A DNA stretch of 64,000 nucleotides from Acidimicrobiales bacterium. GTDB taxonomy: Bacteria > Actinomycetota > Acidimicrobiia > Acidimicrobiales > JAJPHD01. How positions within the stretch are numbered: position 1 is the stretch's first letter; every line of letters starts with the position of its first letter. The stretch is from positions 1,654 through 65,653 of the forward strand of contig JAVKSL010000008.1 of the NCBI GenBank assembly GCA_039583695.1, in the 5' to 3' direction. Positions 18,968-28,296 of this stretch are shown here, in pieces. The notes under the pieces are model-generated. The model was not told the DNA's origin. It did not search any database and saw nothing but the letters and a program-made list of their open reading frames with translations. Made by a program: the position numbers and the translations under genes.

Positions 18968-19030
18968 ATGCGGTCCTCATCAGGGCTATAGCTGAGCCAG
19001 CCGCCCAGGTTGTTCTCTGCCAGGCCCTAA
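18925..19030. repeat. ~106-bp palindromic repeat element, copy A
   Basis: By hand alignment it is identical to 57425-57530 at 99 of 106 positions, in the same orientation. About 30-nt inverted arms (AGGGCCT.TACGAGAACAACCTG.GCGGCG / C.GCCGCCCAGGTTGTTCTCTGCCAGGCCCT) flank a ~46-nt centre. Confidence 0.85.
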
Positions 19031-19164
19031 CCGGGCTCATGGCGTGATCGCGATCGTGGGCCCGCCCGCGGGCCAATCCTCTGGTCAGGATCATCCGAGC
19101 TGGCAAGCTCCCGTCTCGCCGGCAAGATGGTTTGGTAGTCGAACTAACTTGCTACGTTGTGTCC

Positions 19165-19620
19165 ATGAGCGAGTCGCCCAACGTCAATGTGGCGTCGGAG
19201 CCTGTCGAAGCGGTTCGGGCCCTGGCTCGGGCCTCGCGCGTGTTGGATCGGTGCTCGGGTGAGCTCAGTCTGGCTCACTACCGCGTGTTGTCGGCGATTG
19301 CCTCGGGCGATCAAAGAGCCTCGCGGATCGCGCTCAAGCTTGCCATGGGCAAACCGACCGTCAGCGCGACGGTGGAATCGCTGTTCCAGCGCGGCTTGTT
19401 GACCCGTTCGGGAGTGCAAGGCGATCAGCGAGCCGCAGCGCTGCATCTGACCCCGGAGGGCGAGCTGATTCTCGGGAGAGTCGAGGCCACTATGAGCGAG
19501 CGGGTCAAGGACCTGTGCGACCGGACACCCGAACCCGCGCAAGTGATGCAGGCGCTGGCCTGGATCGGAGCGGCAATCGAAGCCATGGCGGCTGAGGCCC
19601 ACTCCAGGGTAACCAAGTGA
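19165..19620 (+). CDS. MarR-family transcriptional regulator
   Basis: I trimmed ORF 19132..19620 to the ATG at 19165 (MSESPN...). It has a winged-HTH core LSLAHYRVLSAIASGDQRASRIALKLAMGKPTVSATVESLFQRGLL. Its stop overlaps the ABC gene GTG. Confidence 0.8.
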   Translation: MSESPNVNVASEPVEAVRALARASRVLDRCSGELSLAHYRVLSAIASGDQRASRIALKLAMGKPTVSATVESLFQRGLLTRSGVQGDQRAAALHLTPEGELILGRVEATMSERVKDLCDRTPEPAQVMQALAWIGAAIEAMAAEAHSRVTK

Positions 19621-22600
19621 GCACCGAACGTCGGGCCACAGCGGGGCCGACCCCGCGCGCCGACCCCCCCACCAAGGCGGGGCCGACCCCCCGCGCCGAC
19701 CCTCCCACCACCGCTGAGCAGCCAGGATGGGTGCGCCGGCTGTGGGGATACATGCTCCGGCACCGGCGGGACGTGGTCTTGTCGCTTGGCGGCGCGGTTC
19801 TTGGGAGCGCGTGCCTGGCAGTGGTCCCCCTCATCGAGCGCCAGATCGTCGACGGCGTCATCATCAAGCACACCTCCGCGCTCTGGCCCTGGCTGATGGC
19901 CCTGATCGCACTGGCGGTAGCCGCCTTCGGGTTCGCCTACCTCCGGCGCTACCGGGGTGGTCGGATGGCACTTGCCGTGCAGTACGACTTGCGCAACGAC
20001 ATGCACGACCACCTGTGCTCGATGGACTTCGCCAACCTGGACCGCATGCCCACTGGTCAGGTGGTCGGGCGGGCCAACTCCGACTCGGCCCTGGTACAGG
20101 GGCTTCTCAGCTACTTCCCGATCATGAGCGGCAACGTCTTGCTGATGCTGGCCTCCCTTGGCGTTATGATCTACCTGGCGCCCCTGCTGGCCCTCGTGGG
20201 TGTGGTTCTCGTGCCCGCGCTCGTGGCGATCTCGTACCGCATGCGGTCGCGGGTCTTTCCTGCCACCTGGGACGCCCAGCAGCGCGAAGGTGACGTGATC
20301 CAGTTGGTGGACGAGGGCGTCAACGGCGTGCGGGTGGTGAAGGCCTTTGGCCAGGAGGACCGGGAGTTGGGGCGTGTGGTCGATGCGGCATCGACGCTCT
20401 ACGGGTCGCAGATGCGGGCGGTCCGGCTCCAATCTCGCTACCAGCCCCTGCTCGAGGCGGTGCCCACCGTCGGCCAGCTAGCCGTCCTTGCCCTCGGCGG
20501 TTACCTGGCCCTGCGCCACCGGATCACCCTCGGGACCTTCCTGGCTTTTTCGACCTACGTCGCCCAGATGATGGCGCCAGCTCGCCGCCTTGCGGGCGTC
20601 CTCACCATCGGCCAGCAAGCCCGGGCAGGCCTCGAGCGAATCTTCCAGCTCCTTGATCTCCGCCCGCAGGTCACCGACCCACCCGGAGCCGTCGAGCTTG
20701 CCGAGCTGAGAGGTGAGATCGATCTCTGCGATGTCCACTTTGCTTACCAAGGGGGCAAGCGTGTGCTGGAGGGCTTCTACCTTCACGTTCGCCCCGGCGA
20801 GCGGGTGGCTCTCGTGGGGCCCAGCGGGTGCGGGAAGTCGACCGCGGCCATGCTTATCTCGCGCTTCTACGACCCCGACCAGGGAGCCGTGCTGGTCGAC
20901 GGGCACGATGTGCGGGACCTATCGTTGCGCTCTTTGCGTCGCCAGGTCGGCGTGGTGTTCGAAGAGAGCTTCTTGTTCTCGGTCACGGTGCGCTCCAACA
21001 TCGCCTACGGGTGTCCCGACGCCACCGACGCGCAGGTCGAGGCGGCGGCTCGGGTCGCCCAGGCTCACGAGTTCATCGAGCAGCTCCCACGGGGTTATGA
21101 CACCGTTGTGGGGGAGAGGGGCCTGAGCCTCTCGGGCGGGCAACGTCAGCGCATCGCCCTCGCCCGGGCGATCCTGTACGACCCGCGGATCCTGATCCTC
21201 GACGACGCGACCAGCGCCATAGACGCCACGATCGAAGAGTCCATACGCGATGCCCTCCGCAGTGTCCTGGCCGCTCGGACCACCCTGCTCATCGCCCATC
21301 GTCGTTCCACCCTGCATCTGGCTGACCGGATTGTTGTCATGGAGCACGGCCGGGTCGTGGAGGAGGGGACCCACGACGAGCTACTTGTGAGCAGTGCCAC
21401 CTACCGCCGCCTGCTGGCAGGGCTGGACGACGGCGGGGCCCAGCGGGCCGGTGCCCGGATCGAGGCACTGGCGGCCATCGTCGCGCCCGGCGGGCCCGGC
21501 GGCACCACCGCGCCCGGCGGACCCGGCGGCACCACTGACTCAACCGTGCCGGGGGGCACCACCGACCCGGCGTGGACCGCTGCGAGCCGGGGTGTGGACG
21601 GCTGTCGAGTTGGCGTGCGGACCATCGGGGCACCGAGCCTGGGCCCAGGTCTTCGAGCCGGGGGAGGAGGCTGGCGCCTGAACCTGGCGCCCACCCCCGA
21701 GCTCCTGGCTCGTGTGGAGTCGCTGCGACCAGTGCGCGACTCGCCCTCCCTCGACCTGGCAACGGAGTCCAGGCACGATCGGGCCTTCAGCCTGGGACGA
21801 TTGCTGTCCGAGTTCAGAAAGCCGCTCCTCATCGGCCTGGCATTGGTGATCCTGGACGCGCTTGCGTCTCTGGCCGGTCCGATCCTGGTCAAGACGGGGA
21901 TAGACAGCGGGGTGTCGGTCGGCTCGGCGACCGTGCTGTTCGTGGCCTCGGGTGTCTACCTCATGATCACCCTGGCCGACCTGATCGTCGAGATTGGCGA
22001 CACCTTCGTCACGGGCCGTGCCGCCCAGCGGATCATGCTGTCACTGCGGATCCGGATCTGGGCGCAACTTCAGCGCCTGTCGCTCGACTACTACGAGCGC
22101 GAGATGGCTGGGCGGATCATGACCCGCATGACCACCGATGTCGATCAGTTCGAGTCGCTCATCGAGAATGGGCTGCTCTCGGCGCTGGTCGCGATCGTCA
22201 CCTTCGTCGGCGTGGGCGCGGCGCTGCTATTGATCAACCCCAATCTCGGGCTCCTCACCCTCACCGTGGTGGTCCCGCTGGCTGTCGCCACGGTCGCCTT
22301 CCGCCGCCGGGCGGCCCGCCTCTACGACATGGCTCGGGAGCGGATCGCCATTGTCAACGCAGACTTCCAAGAGAGCCTTTCGGGCGTGCGGGTGGCGCAG
22401 GCTTTCGTCCACGAGACCGAGACCAAGCGGCGCTTTCACCGGCTCGGTCTCGACTATCTCGAAACGCGCGTGGCCGCCCAGCGACTGGTGGCCACCTATT
22501 TCCCGTTCGTCCAGCTCCTCTCGGCGGCCGCCGACGCGATCGTGCTTGGGGTGGGGGCGGGACTGGTCTTGAGGGGGCAGCTCAGCTCCGGCGCTCTGAT

Positions 22601-23612
22601 TGCATTCATCCTCTACATAGACCTGTTCTTCTCGCCGATCCAGCAGCTCTCCCAGGTCTTCGACTCCTGGCAGCAGACCCGGGTCTCGGTCAGTCGCATC
22701 TCCGGGCTCATGGCTCTCGATACCCTCACGCCTCAGCCGGACCAACCTGTGGTGCCCAGGCGGCTGAGCGGCGCCATCACCATAGACAACGTCCGGTTCT
22801 CCTATCCCACGTCGCCCGGCCGGCCAGCTGGCTCCGAGCGGCGCGGCCCAACCGATCCCCGGGACCTCCGATCGCCGGATGCGATTCCCACCAAGCCGCC
22901 TGAGGCGCTTCGAGGTATCGACCTGCGCATAGAAGCAGGGGAGACGGTGGCGCTGGTGGGTGAGACCGGAGCAGGCAAGTCGACGGTGATGAAGCTGTTA
23001 GCCCGCTTCTACGACCCCGATGAGGGCGCCGTGAGTGTCGACGGGCACGAGCTTTCGGCGCTCGACCTTCGGAGCTTTCGTCGTCAGCTCGGCTACGTGC
23101 CCCAGGAGGCCTTCCTGTTCTCCGGCACGATCCGGGACAACATCGCCTACGGGCGGCCTGAGGCGGTGGACGCCGAGATAGAGGCGGCGGCGCGGGCGGT
23201 TGGGGCACACGACTTCGTCGCCGAGCTGCCCGGCGGTTACCTGCACGAGATATCGGAGCGGGGGAGGTCGCTGTCGGCCGGCCAGCGGCAGCTGATCGCC
23301 CTGGCCCGCGCCGAGCTGGTCGATCCCGTCGTGCTCCTGCTGGACGAAGCCACCTCCAATCTCGACCTGGCGACCGAGGCGCGGGTGGCTGCAGCCATGC
23401 AGCAAGTCTCGAACGGCCGCACCACCGTGGTGATCGCGCACCGACTCGAAACGGCAAAGGCGGCTGATCGGATCGTGGTGCTGGACAAGGGTCAGGTGGC
23501 CGAGGTTGGCACGCATGAGGAGCTGCTGAAGAGAGCGGGGCGGTACTCTTTGATGTGGCAGGCGTTCGAGATGGTTGGCAGCGGGGAGCCGGAGGTCCGA
23601 ACTGTCGCATAG
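19617..23612 (+). CDS. full-length fused ABC exporter (TMD-NBD-TMD-NBD)
   Basis: This is a single 1331-aa ORF. It has two Walker A motifs (GPSGCGKST, GETGAGKST), two signature motifs (LSGGQRQR, LSAGQRQL) and two six-helix TMD regions. A Gly/Pro/Thr-rich linker lies near aa 615-700. Confidence 0.85.
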   Translation: MSTERRATAGPTPRADPPTKAGPTPRADPPTTAEQPGWVRRLWGYMLRHRRDVVLSLGGAVLGSACLAVVPLIERQIVDGVIIKHTSALWPWLMALIALAVAAFGFAYLRRYRGGRMALAVQYDLRNDMHDHLCSMDFANLDRMPTGQVVGRANSDSALVQGLLSYFPIMSGNVLLMLASLGVMIYLAPLLALVGVVLVPALVAISYRMRSRVFPATWDAQQREGDVIQLVDEGVNGVRVVKAFGQEDRELGRVVDAASTLYGSQMRAVRLQSRYQPLLEAVPTVGQLAVLALGGYLALRHRITLGTFLAFSTYVAQMMAPARRLAGVLTIGQQARAGLERIFQLLDLRPQVTDPPGAVELAELRGEIDLCDVHFAYQGGKRVLEGFYLHVRPGERVALVGPSGCGKSTAAMLISRFYDPDQGAVLVDGHDVRDLSLRSLRRQVGVVFEESFLFSVTVRSNIAYGCPDATDAQVEAAARVAQAHEFIEQLPRGYDTVVGERGLSLSGGQRQRIALARAILYDPRILILDDATSAIDATIEESIRDALRSVLAARTTLLIAHRRSTLHLADRIVVMEHGRVVEEGTHDELLVSSATYRRLLAGLDDGGAQRAGARIEALAAIVAPGGPGGTTAPGGPGGTTDSTVPGGTTDPAWTAASRGVDGCRVGVRTIGAPSLGPGLRAGGGGWRLNLAPTPELLARVESLRPVRDSPSLDLATESRHDRAFSLGRLLSEFRKPLLIGLALVILDALASLAGPILVKTGIDSGVSVGSATVLFVASGVYLMITLADLIVEIGDTFVTGRAAQRIMLSLRIRIWAQLQRLSLDYYEREMAGRIMTRMTTDVDQFESLIENGLLSALVAIVTFVGVGAALLLINPNLGLLTLTVVVPLAVATVAFRRRAARLYDMARERIAIVNADFQESLSGVRVAQAFVHETETKRRFHRLGLDYLETRVAAQRLVATYFPFVQLLSAAADAIVLGVGAGLVLRGQLSSGALIAFILYIDLFFSPIQQLSQVFDSWQQTRVSVSRISGLMALDTLTPQPDQPVVPRRLSGAITIDNVRFSYPTSPGRPAGSERRGPTDPRDLRSPDAIPTKPPEALRGIDLRIEAGETVALVGETGAGKSTVMKLLARFYDPDEGAVSVDGHELSALDLRSFRRQLGYVPQEAFLFSGTIRDNIAYGRPEAVDAEIEAAARAVGAHDFVAELPGGYLHEISERGRSLSAGQRQLIALARAELVDPVVLLLDEATSNLDLATEARVAAAMQQVSNGRTTVVIAHRLETAKAADRIVVLDKGQVAEVGTHEELLKRAGRYSLMWQAFEMVGSGEPEVRTVA
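19643..19714. repeat. 36-bp tandem duplication in the ABC exporter N-terminus (encoding GPTPRADPPTKA/GPTPRADPPTTA)
   Basis: Read directly; 2 units. Confidence 0.85.
21483..21536. repeat. 27-bp tandem duplication in the ABC inter-half linker (encoding APGGPGGTT twice)
   Basis: Read directly; 2 units with 2 mismatches. Confidence 0.85.
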
Positions 23613-23629
23613 GGCCCGGCGGCCGGGCC
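23613..23629 (+). terminator. GC hairpin immediately after the ABC gene stop (GGCCCGGC-G-GCCGGGCC)
   Basis: The inverted repeat was read directly. There is no U-tract, so function is uncertain. Confidence 0.2.
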
Positions 23630-23668
23630 AACCGGGGCGTACCCCTAAAGTCCGACTCTCCCGTGCCG

Positions 23669-25285
23669 ATGAACACTGCAATGAGAGCAACCTGTATCGG
23701 CGCCCTTCGCTCTGGCATAGCGGTGCTGGTCCTGGCTGGCGGCCTGGCAACGGTCGTGAACATTGCGGCGGCCGGACCAGCCCAGGCCCTCGGGATCCTG
23801 CCGCCCGCCAACCCGCCCGCCAACCGGGCCCTTGACCCTGCTCAAGTCGCGGCCTGTGAGCAGGCAGGAGCCAACCTGTCGGCCAGCTGTGAGCAGGAGG
23901 CGCTGGCCCAGATCGACGCCGCGCGGTCCTCCGAGGGTGTCGGGCCCATGACGCTGCCGAGCGATTATCTGGCGCTTACCGCCGCGGAAAAGCTGGCTGC
24001 CGTGATCGCTCTCGAGCGTTCAGATCGAGGACTGCCAGTGCCCGCGGGCCTGGTTGCCGCGTACAACCAGGACGCACAGGTTGGCGCCGACACCTATACC
24101 GACCCTGCGGCCCCCTCAGGGTACGCAACGTTCGGGAGCATTGAGGCCGAGGGCCTTTACTCGGTGCTGCTCACCGACTACGAGTGGATGTACGACGACG
24201 GCTACGGCTCGGCCAACGTCGACTGCACCAGCCCGTCGGGCTCCGGATGCTGGGTGCACCGAGACGTCATCCTGGGCAACTACTCTGCCACGCCGTACTT
24301 CTACATGGGAGCGGCGCAGGGCACGGGCGCAGTCCCGGTCTACTCGGCTGTCCTGGTCGCATCCACCCAGTCTCGGGCGGTGCTCTACTCACCTCAGCCG
24401 CCGGATTCCAAGATCGTCCTGACCCGCCTGGCCGGCACCAACCGGGACCTCACCTCTGTAGCGGTGAGCCAGGACAGCCTTCCCACCAACGGCAGTGCTG
24501 GAGCGGTGGTGTTGGCCACCGACGCCAACTACCCCGATGCGCTTGCCGGCACGCCCCTGGCCGTCGCTCTGGGTGCCCCAGTGCTGTTGACCACCCCGAC
24601 AACCCTCGACCCGGCGGTCGCTACCGAGATCAAACGGGTGCTTCCACAAGGCGGGACCGTTTACATCCTCGGCGGTTCGGCGGCGGTAGCCCCAGCCGCC
24701 GCCTCCCAGGTGCAGGCTCTCGGCTATGCGGTCGTGCGCGAGGCCGGCCCGAATCGCTTCGGCACGGCGCTGGCCATCGCCAGCGCTCTGGGCGACCCCT
24801 CCACTGTCTTTGTGGCCGATGGGGCCCAGTTCGCGGATGCCCTGGTTGCCGGACCTGCCGCGGCTCAGGTCCACGGCGCGATCCTGTTGAGCAACGGCGA
24901 CTCCCTGCCTCCCGACACGGCGGCGTACCTGGGCGCGCACCCAGGCGTTGCATACGCGGTTGGTGCAGGAGCCCAGGCCGCCGACCCCCAAGCACACGCC
25001 GTGGGCGGTCCCGACAACTACGCGACCTCGGTGGCGGTGGCTCAGGCGTTCTTCGGGTCGACCAGGAGTGCCGGCTTTGCCTCGGAGGCGACCTATCCCG
25101 ACGAGCTGTCCGGCGATGCCCGCATCGCCGCCGAGGGCGCTCCGATGCTCCTGGCGCCCCCGACCGGCGCGCTGCCGTCGTCTATCGCGTCGTACCTGTC
25201 CAGCTCGGCCATCACCTCGGGCTACTTGTACGGGGGCACGTCGGCAGTGAGCTCAGGCGTGCAAGCCGAGATCGCCAGCCTCTAG
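23669..25285 (+). CDS. secreted protein: N-terminal CAP/SCP-like domain plus three cell-wall-binding type 2 (CWB2-like) repeats
   Basis: I trimmed ORF 23555..25285 to the ATG at 23669. It has a signal peptide (...LVLAGGLATVVNIAAAGPAQA). Three repeats follow the pattern R(L/F)AG.NR..T...(A/V)....(AVVLATDANYPDALAG, VFVADGAQFADALVAG, FASEATYPDELSG). Confidence 0.65.
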   Translation: MNTAMRATCIGALRSGIAVLVLAGGLATVVNIAAAGPAQALGILPPANPPANRALDPAQVAACEQAGANLSASCEQEALAQIDAARSSEGVGPMTLPSDYLALTAAEKLAAVIALERSDRGLPVPAGLVAAYNQDAQVGADTYTDPAAPSGYATFGSIEAEGLYSVLLTDYEWMYDDGYGSANVDCTSPSGSGCWVHRDVILGNYSATPYFYMGAAQGTGAVPVYSAVLVASTQSRAVLYSPQPPDSKIVLTRLAGTNRDLTSVAVSQDSLPTNGSAGAVVLATDANYPDALAGTPLAVALGAPVLLTTPTTLDPAVATEIKRVLPQGGTVYILGGSAAVAPAAASQVQALGYAVVREAGPNRFGTALAIASALGDPSTVFVADGAQFADALVAGPAAAQVHGAILLSNGDSLPPDTAAYLGAHPGVAYAVGAGAQAADPQAHAVGGPDNYATSVAVAQAFFGSTRSAGFASEATYPDELSGDARIAAEGAPMLLAPPTGALPSSIASYLSSSAITSGYLYGGTSAVSSGVQAEIASL

Positions 25286-25313
25286 CAACGGATGGTCGCC
25301 CTTCATTTCCCGG

Positions 25314-26606
25314 TCAGCCTCCGAGCGGCGCCGTCGGGGGCCTTTCCCTCCGGGTGGGCGTGAACTCGCAGGGCAGGCGTTTGATGCCGTTGATGAAGTG
25401 GGAGCGCAGCCGCTCGGGCTCGGCGACTGGGTGGATGTCGGGCAAGCGGGCGAACAGGGCTCGGAACATGGAGGTGATCTCCAGGCGAGCCAGATGAGCG
25501 CCAAGGCAGTAGTGCGGCCCGTAACCGCCGAAGCTCACATGGCGGTTCTCGACCCTCCGCAGGTCGAAGCTGCACGGCGCCTCGAAGGCCGCCTCGTCCC
25601 GATTGGCCGAGTTGTAGAACAGCACGACCTTCTCCCCTTGGCCCAGCTGCTGCCCCCCCAATGTCGCATCGCAGGTCAGGGTGCGCCGCGTCTGCATCAC
25701 CGGCGTGGCCCAGCGCACGATCTCATCCACCGCCCGAGGTGCCATCGCCTCGAAGTCGGCTGCCCAAGCGGCCTGCTGTGCGGGATGCGAGCCCAGCGTG
25801 ACCAATCCCCAGTTGATCGCGTTGCGCGTGGTCTCGTTGCCCGCCACGACGAGGAGGATGAACGCTGAGGCCAGCTCGTCGAACGAGAGGCGCTCCCCGT
25901 CCAGCTCGGCGGTCACCAGGGCCGAGGTCACGTCGTCGGTGGGATCCGCCTCACGGGCACGCCCGAGAGCGCGAACCAGTTCTCCCATCTCTATCCCGGC
26001 GCGCAGCACGGCTCCCAGCAGATCGGCGTCCTGGGCCAGCAGCTCGGGGTCCGTCGCTCCCACCAGGAGGTCGCTTCGCTCCAGGACGAAGGACTGCTCG
26101 CTCGCCGGAACTCCCATCAGCTCGCAGATGACCCGCATTGGCAGCAACGAGGCCACCTCAGTGGCGAAGTCGCACTGACCCCGTTCGCAGACCGAGTTGA
26201 GGATCGTGGTGGTGATCCGCTCGACCTGTCCCTGCAGCAACGCCAGGCGCTTGGGCGTGAAGGCTCGGGACACGATCCGGCGGAGCCGGGCATGCCGGGG
26301 ATCGTCGGCGTTGATCATCCCGCCGAAGTACTCGCGGAACGCCTCGGGCAGGTCGATCACCGTCGTGGCGCCCTGGCCCGAGCAGAACACGTCTGAGCGC
26401 TTGCTGGCCTCCACCACGTCGGCATAACGGGTGACGGCCCAGTAGCCCGGCCCCTTCGGAAGGCCGATGATCTCCGGCTCCTCGAAGAACGCGATCGGCC
26501 GCTCCCGCCGCAGCGTCGCGAACGCAGCCTCCCGCATCGGCAGCGGCAGCGCCCAAAACCCCACGATGTCCGACAGGTCGATCTCGTCGACGTTCACGGC
26601 ACCCAT
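25314..26606 (-). CDS. cytochrome P450
   Basis: It has the heme-binding loop FGGYGPHYCLGAHLA, the EXXR motif (EIVRW) and an I-helix (VAGNETT). I chose the ATG at 26604-26606 (MGAVNVDE...). The ORF track extends to a TTG at 26639. Confidence 0.85.
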   Translation of the reverse strand: MGAVNVDEIDLSDIVGFWALPLPMREAAFATLRRERPIAFFEEPEIIGLPKGPGYWAVTRYADVVEASKRSDVFCSGQGATTVIDLPEAFREYFGGMINADDPRHARLRRIVSRAFTPKRLALLQGQVERITTTILNSVCERGQCDFATEVASLLPMRVICELMGVPASEQSFVLERSDLLVGATDPELLAQDADLLGAVLRAGIEMGELVRALGRAREADPTDDVTSALVTAELDGERLSFDELASAFILLVVAGNETTRNAINWGLVTLGSHPAQQAAWAADFEAMAPRAVDEIVRWATPVMQTRRTLTCDATLGGQQLGQGEKVVLFYNSANRDEAAFEAPCSFDLRRVENRHVSFGGYGPHYCLGAHLARLEITSMFRALFARLPDIHPVAEPERLRSHFINGIKRLPCEFTPTRRERPPTAPLGG

Positions 26607-26691
26607 CCTCCCCGACGGCCAGCCGGCAGGTTTGGTCAAGCTGGCAGCCCCCTACCATATTGGGCGTGCCTGGTTTCGAGCGTGACTTGCG

Positions 26692-28290
26692 GTGGCGGCG
26701 TCGTCCAAGCGCCTGAGCGGTGCCCAACCCAGCGCCGGCCGGCCCCGAAGCGCACAGACCGGCCGGGGACGCGCCGCCCTTGCCGGAGGTTTGGGGGGAG
26801 CCGCCAGGGGGGTGCGCCAAAAGTTCGAGACCGCGGCCGGCGGCCCGGCGCGGGCCAGGGTCATCGTCGTCCTGGCGGCGGTCCTGGCTCTGAGCAGTGC
26901 CGACACCGCGACCGTGGGGGCGGCGGCCACCCAGCTCCGCTTCGCCTTGCACATCTCCAACGGCGACATTGGGCTGCTGGTGGCGATCCCCCTCATCATG
27001 GGTGCGTTGTTCAGCGTGCCCTTCGGCGTCCTGGCCGACCGGACCCGGCGCACCAGCCTCTTGTCCTTCGTCATCATCTTGTGGGGCGTGGCGATGATCG
27101 CCAGTGCTTCGGTCAGCAAGTTCTCCTCCCTGCTGCTGGTGCGGGTGGGCTTGGGCGCGGTCACCGCCGCCGCCGGACCCCTGGTTGCCTCCCTGGTGGG
27201 GGACTACTTTCCCGCCCGGGAGCGCGGCAAGATCTACGGCTACATCCTGTCCGGCGAGCTGCTGGGGGCGGGGTTCGGCTTCATGATCAGCGGGGACCTG
27301 GCCCCGTTGTCGTGGAGGGCCTCCTTTTTGATCCTTGCGCTGCCTGCGATCGCGATCGCGACCGCGGTCCGCCGGCTCCCCGAGCCTGCTCGAGGCGGGG
27401 CCACCCAGATGGTTGCCGGGGCGGCGCGCATCGGGGGATACAGGTCTCGGGCCGAGGCCCACAGGGCGCGCCTATCCGCCACTGCCGCGGCAGCTACGAC
27501 ACCACGGGACCCGGCGTCCGCGGCGTCCCGAGCCGAGCCAGTGGCGACCGACGCCCAGCGCATCGCGGCCGAACAGGGGATTGCCCCCGTGGAGCGCATG
27601 ATCCTGCGCAGCGACCCACGCAAGATGAGCCTGCCAGCCGCGGTTCGCTACATACTGGGCCTGCGCACCAACATCATCCTGATCGCCTCGGGGGCGGCTG
27701 GGTACTTCTTCCTGTCCGGCGTGGAGACCTTCGGTCTCGAGTTCTCCAAGTCGCACTACAGCGTGAACCAGGTCGAGGCCACCCTGCTGATGCTGGTGCT
27801 CGGCGGTGGGGCACTGCTGGGCGTGCTGGTCGGGGGGCGCCTTGGTGACTCCCTGCTGCACCGGGGGCACCTGAACGGGCGGGTCCTGGTCGGGGCGATA
27901 GGTGCCCTGGTGAGTGTCGTCGCCTTCATTCCGGCGCTCATCCTGCACAGCGCGGCCAGCGCCCTGCCGTACCTAATGATCGCGGCCTTTGCCCTCGAGG
28001 CCCAAGTTCCTCCCATGGACGCAGCCCGCCTCGACATCGTGCCCCCCTTGCTGTGGGGCCGGGCGGAGGGGGTCCGCACCTCGCTGCGCACCGGCGCCCA
28101 GGCCCTGGCACCGCTGATCTTCGGGGCGCTGGCGGACGGGATCGGGCTGCAGGACACCTTCGCGATCATGCTCGTGCCTCTGGCGGCGGGAGCGGTGATC
28201 CTGTTCAGGGCCCTGCGCACCTACCCCGTCGACGTGGCGACGGCCGTGGCGTCCACGGCGGCCTTCCACGACCGGCCACGGGTCCGTTAG
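26692..28290 (+). CDS. MFS transporter with a long central loop
   Basis: The 532-aa ORF has a 6+6 hydrophobic segment layout. The MFS motif-A-like sequence is GVLADRTRRTS. The start codon is uncertain. Confidence 0.8.
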   Translation: MAASSKRLSGAQPSAGRPRSAQTGRGRAALAGGLGGAARGVRQKFETAAGGPARARVIVVLAAVLALSSADTATVGAAATQLRFALHISNGDIGLLVAIPLIMGALFSVPFGVLADRTRRTSLLSFVIILWGVAMIASASVSKFSSLLLVRVGLGAVTAAAGPLVASLVGDYFPARERGKIYGYILSGELLGAGFGFMISGDLAPLSWRASFLILALPAIAIATAVRRLPEPARGGATQMVAGAARIGGYRSRAEAHRARLSATAAAATTPRDPASAASRAEPVATDAQRIAAEQGIAPVERMILRSDPRKMSLPAAVRYILGLRTNIILIASGAAGYFFLSGVETFGLEFSKSHYSVNQVEATLLMLVLGGGALLGVLVGGRLGDSLLHRGHLNGRVLVGAIGALVSVVAFIPALILHSAASALPYLMIAAFALEAQVPPMDAARLDIVPPLLWGRAEGVRTSLRTGAQALAPLIFGALADGIGLQDTFAIMLVPLAAGAVILFRALRTYPVDVATAVASTAAFHDRPRVR

Positions 28291-28296
28291 AAGCTC

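Noticed and set aside
19100-19164. MarR operator palindrome upstream of marR (GCAAG...CTTGC / TAGTcgaACTA)
   Set aside because: There are only 4-5-bp arms with long or odd spacing, which is not distinguishable from chance.
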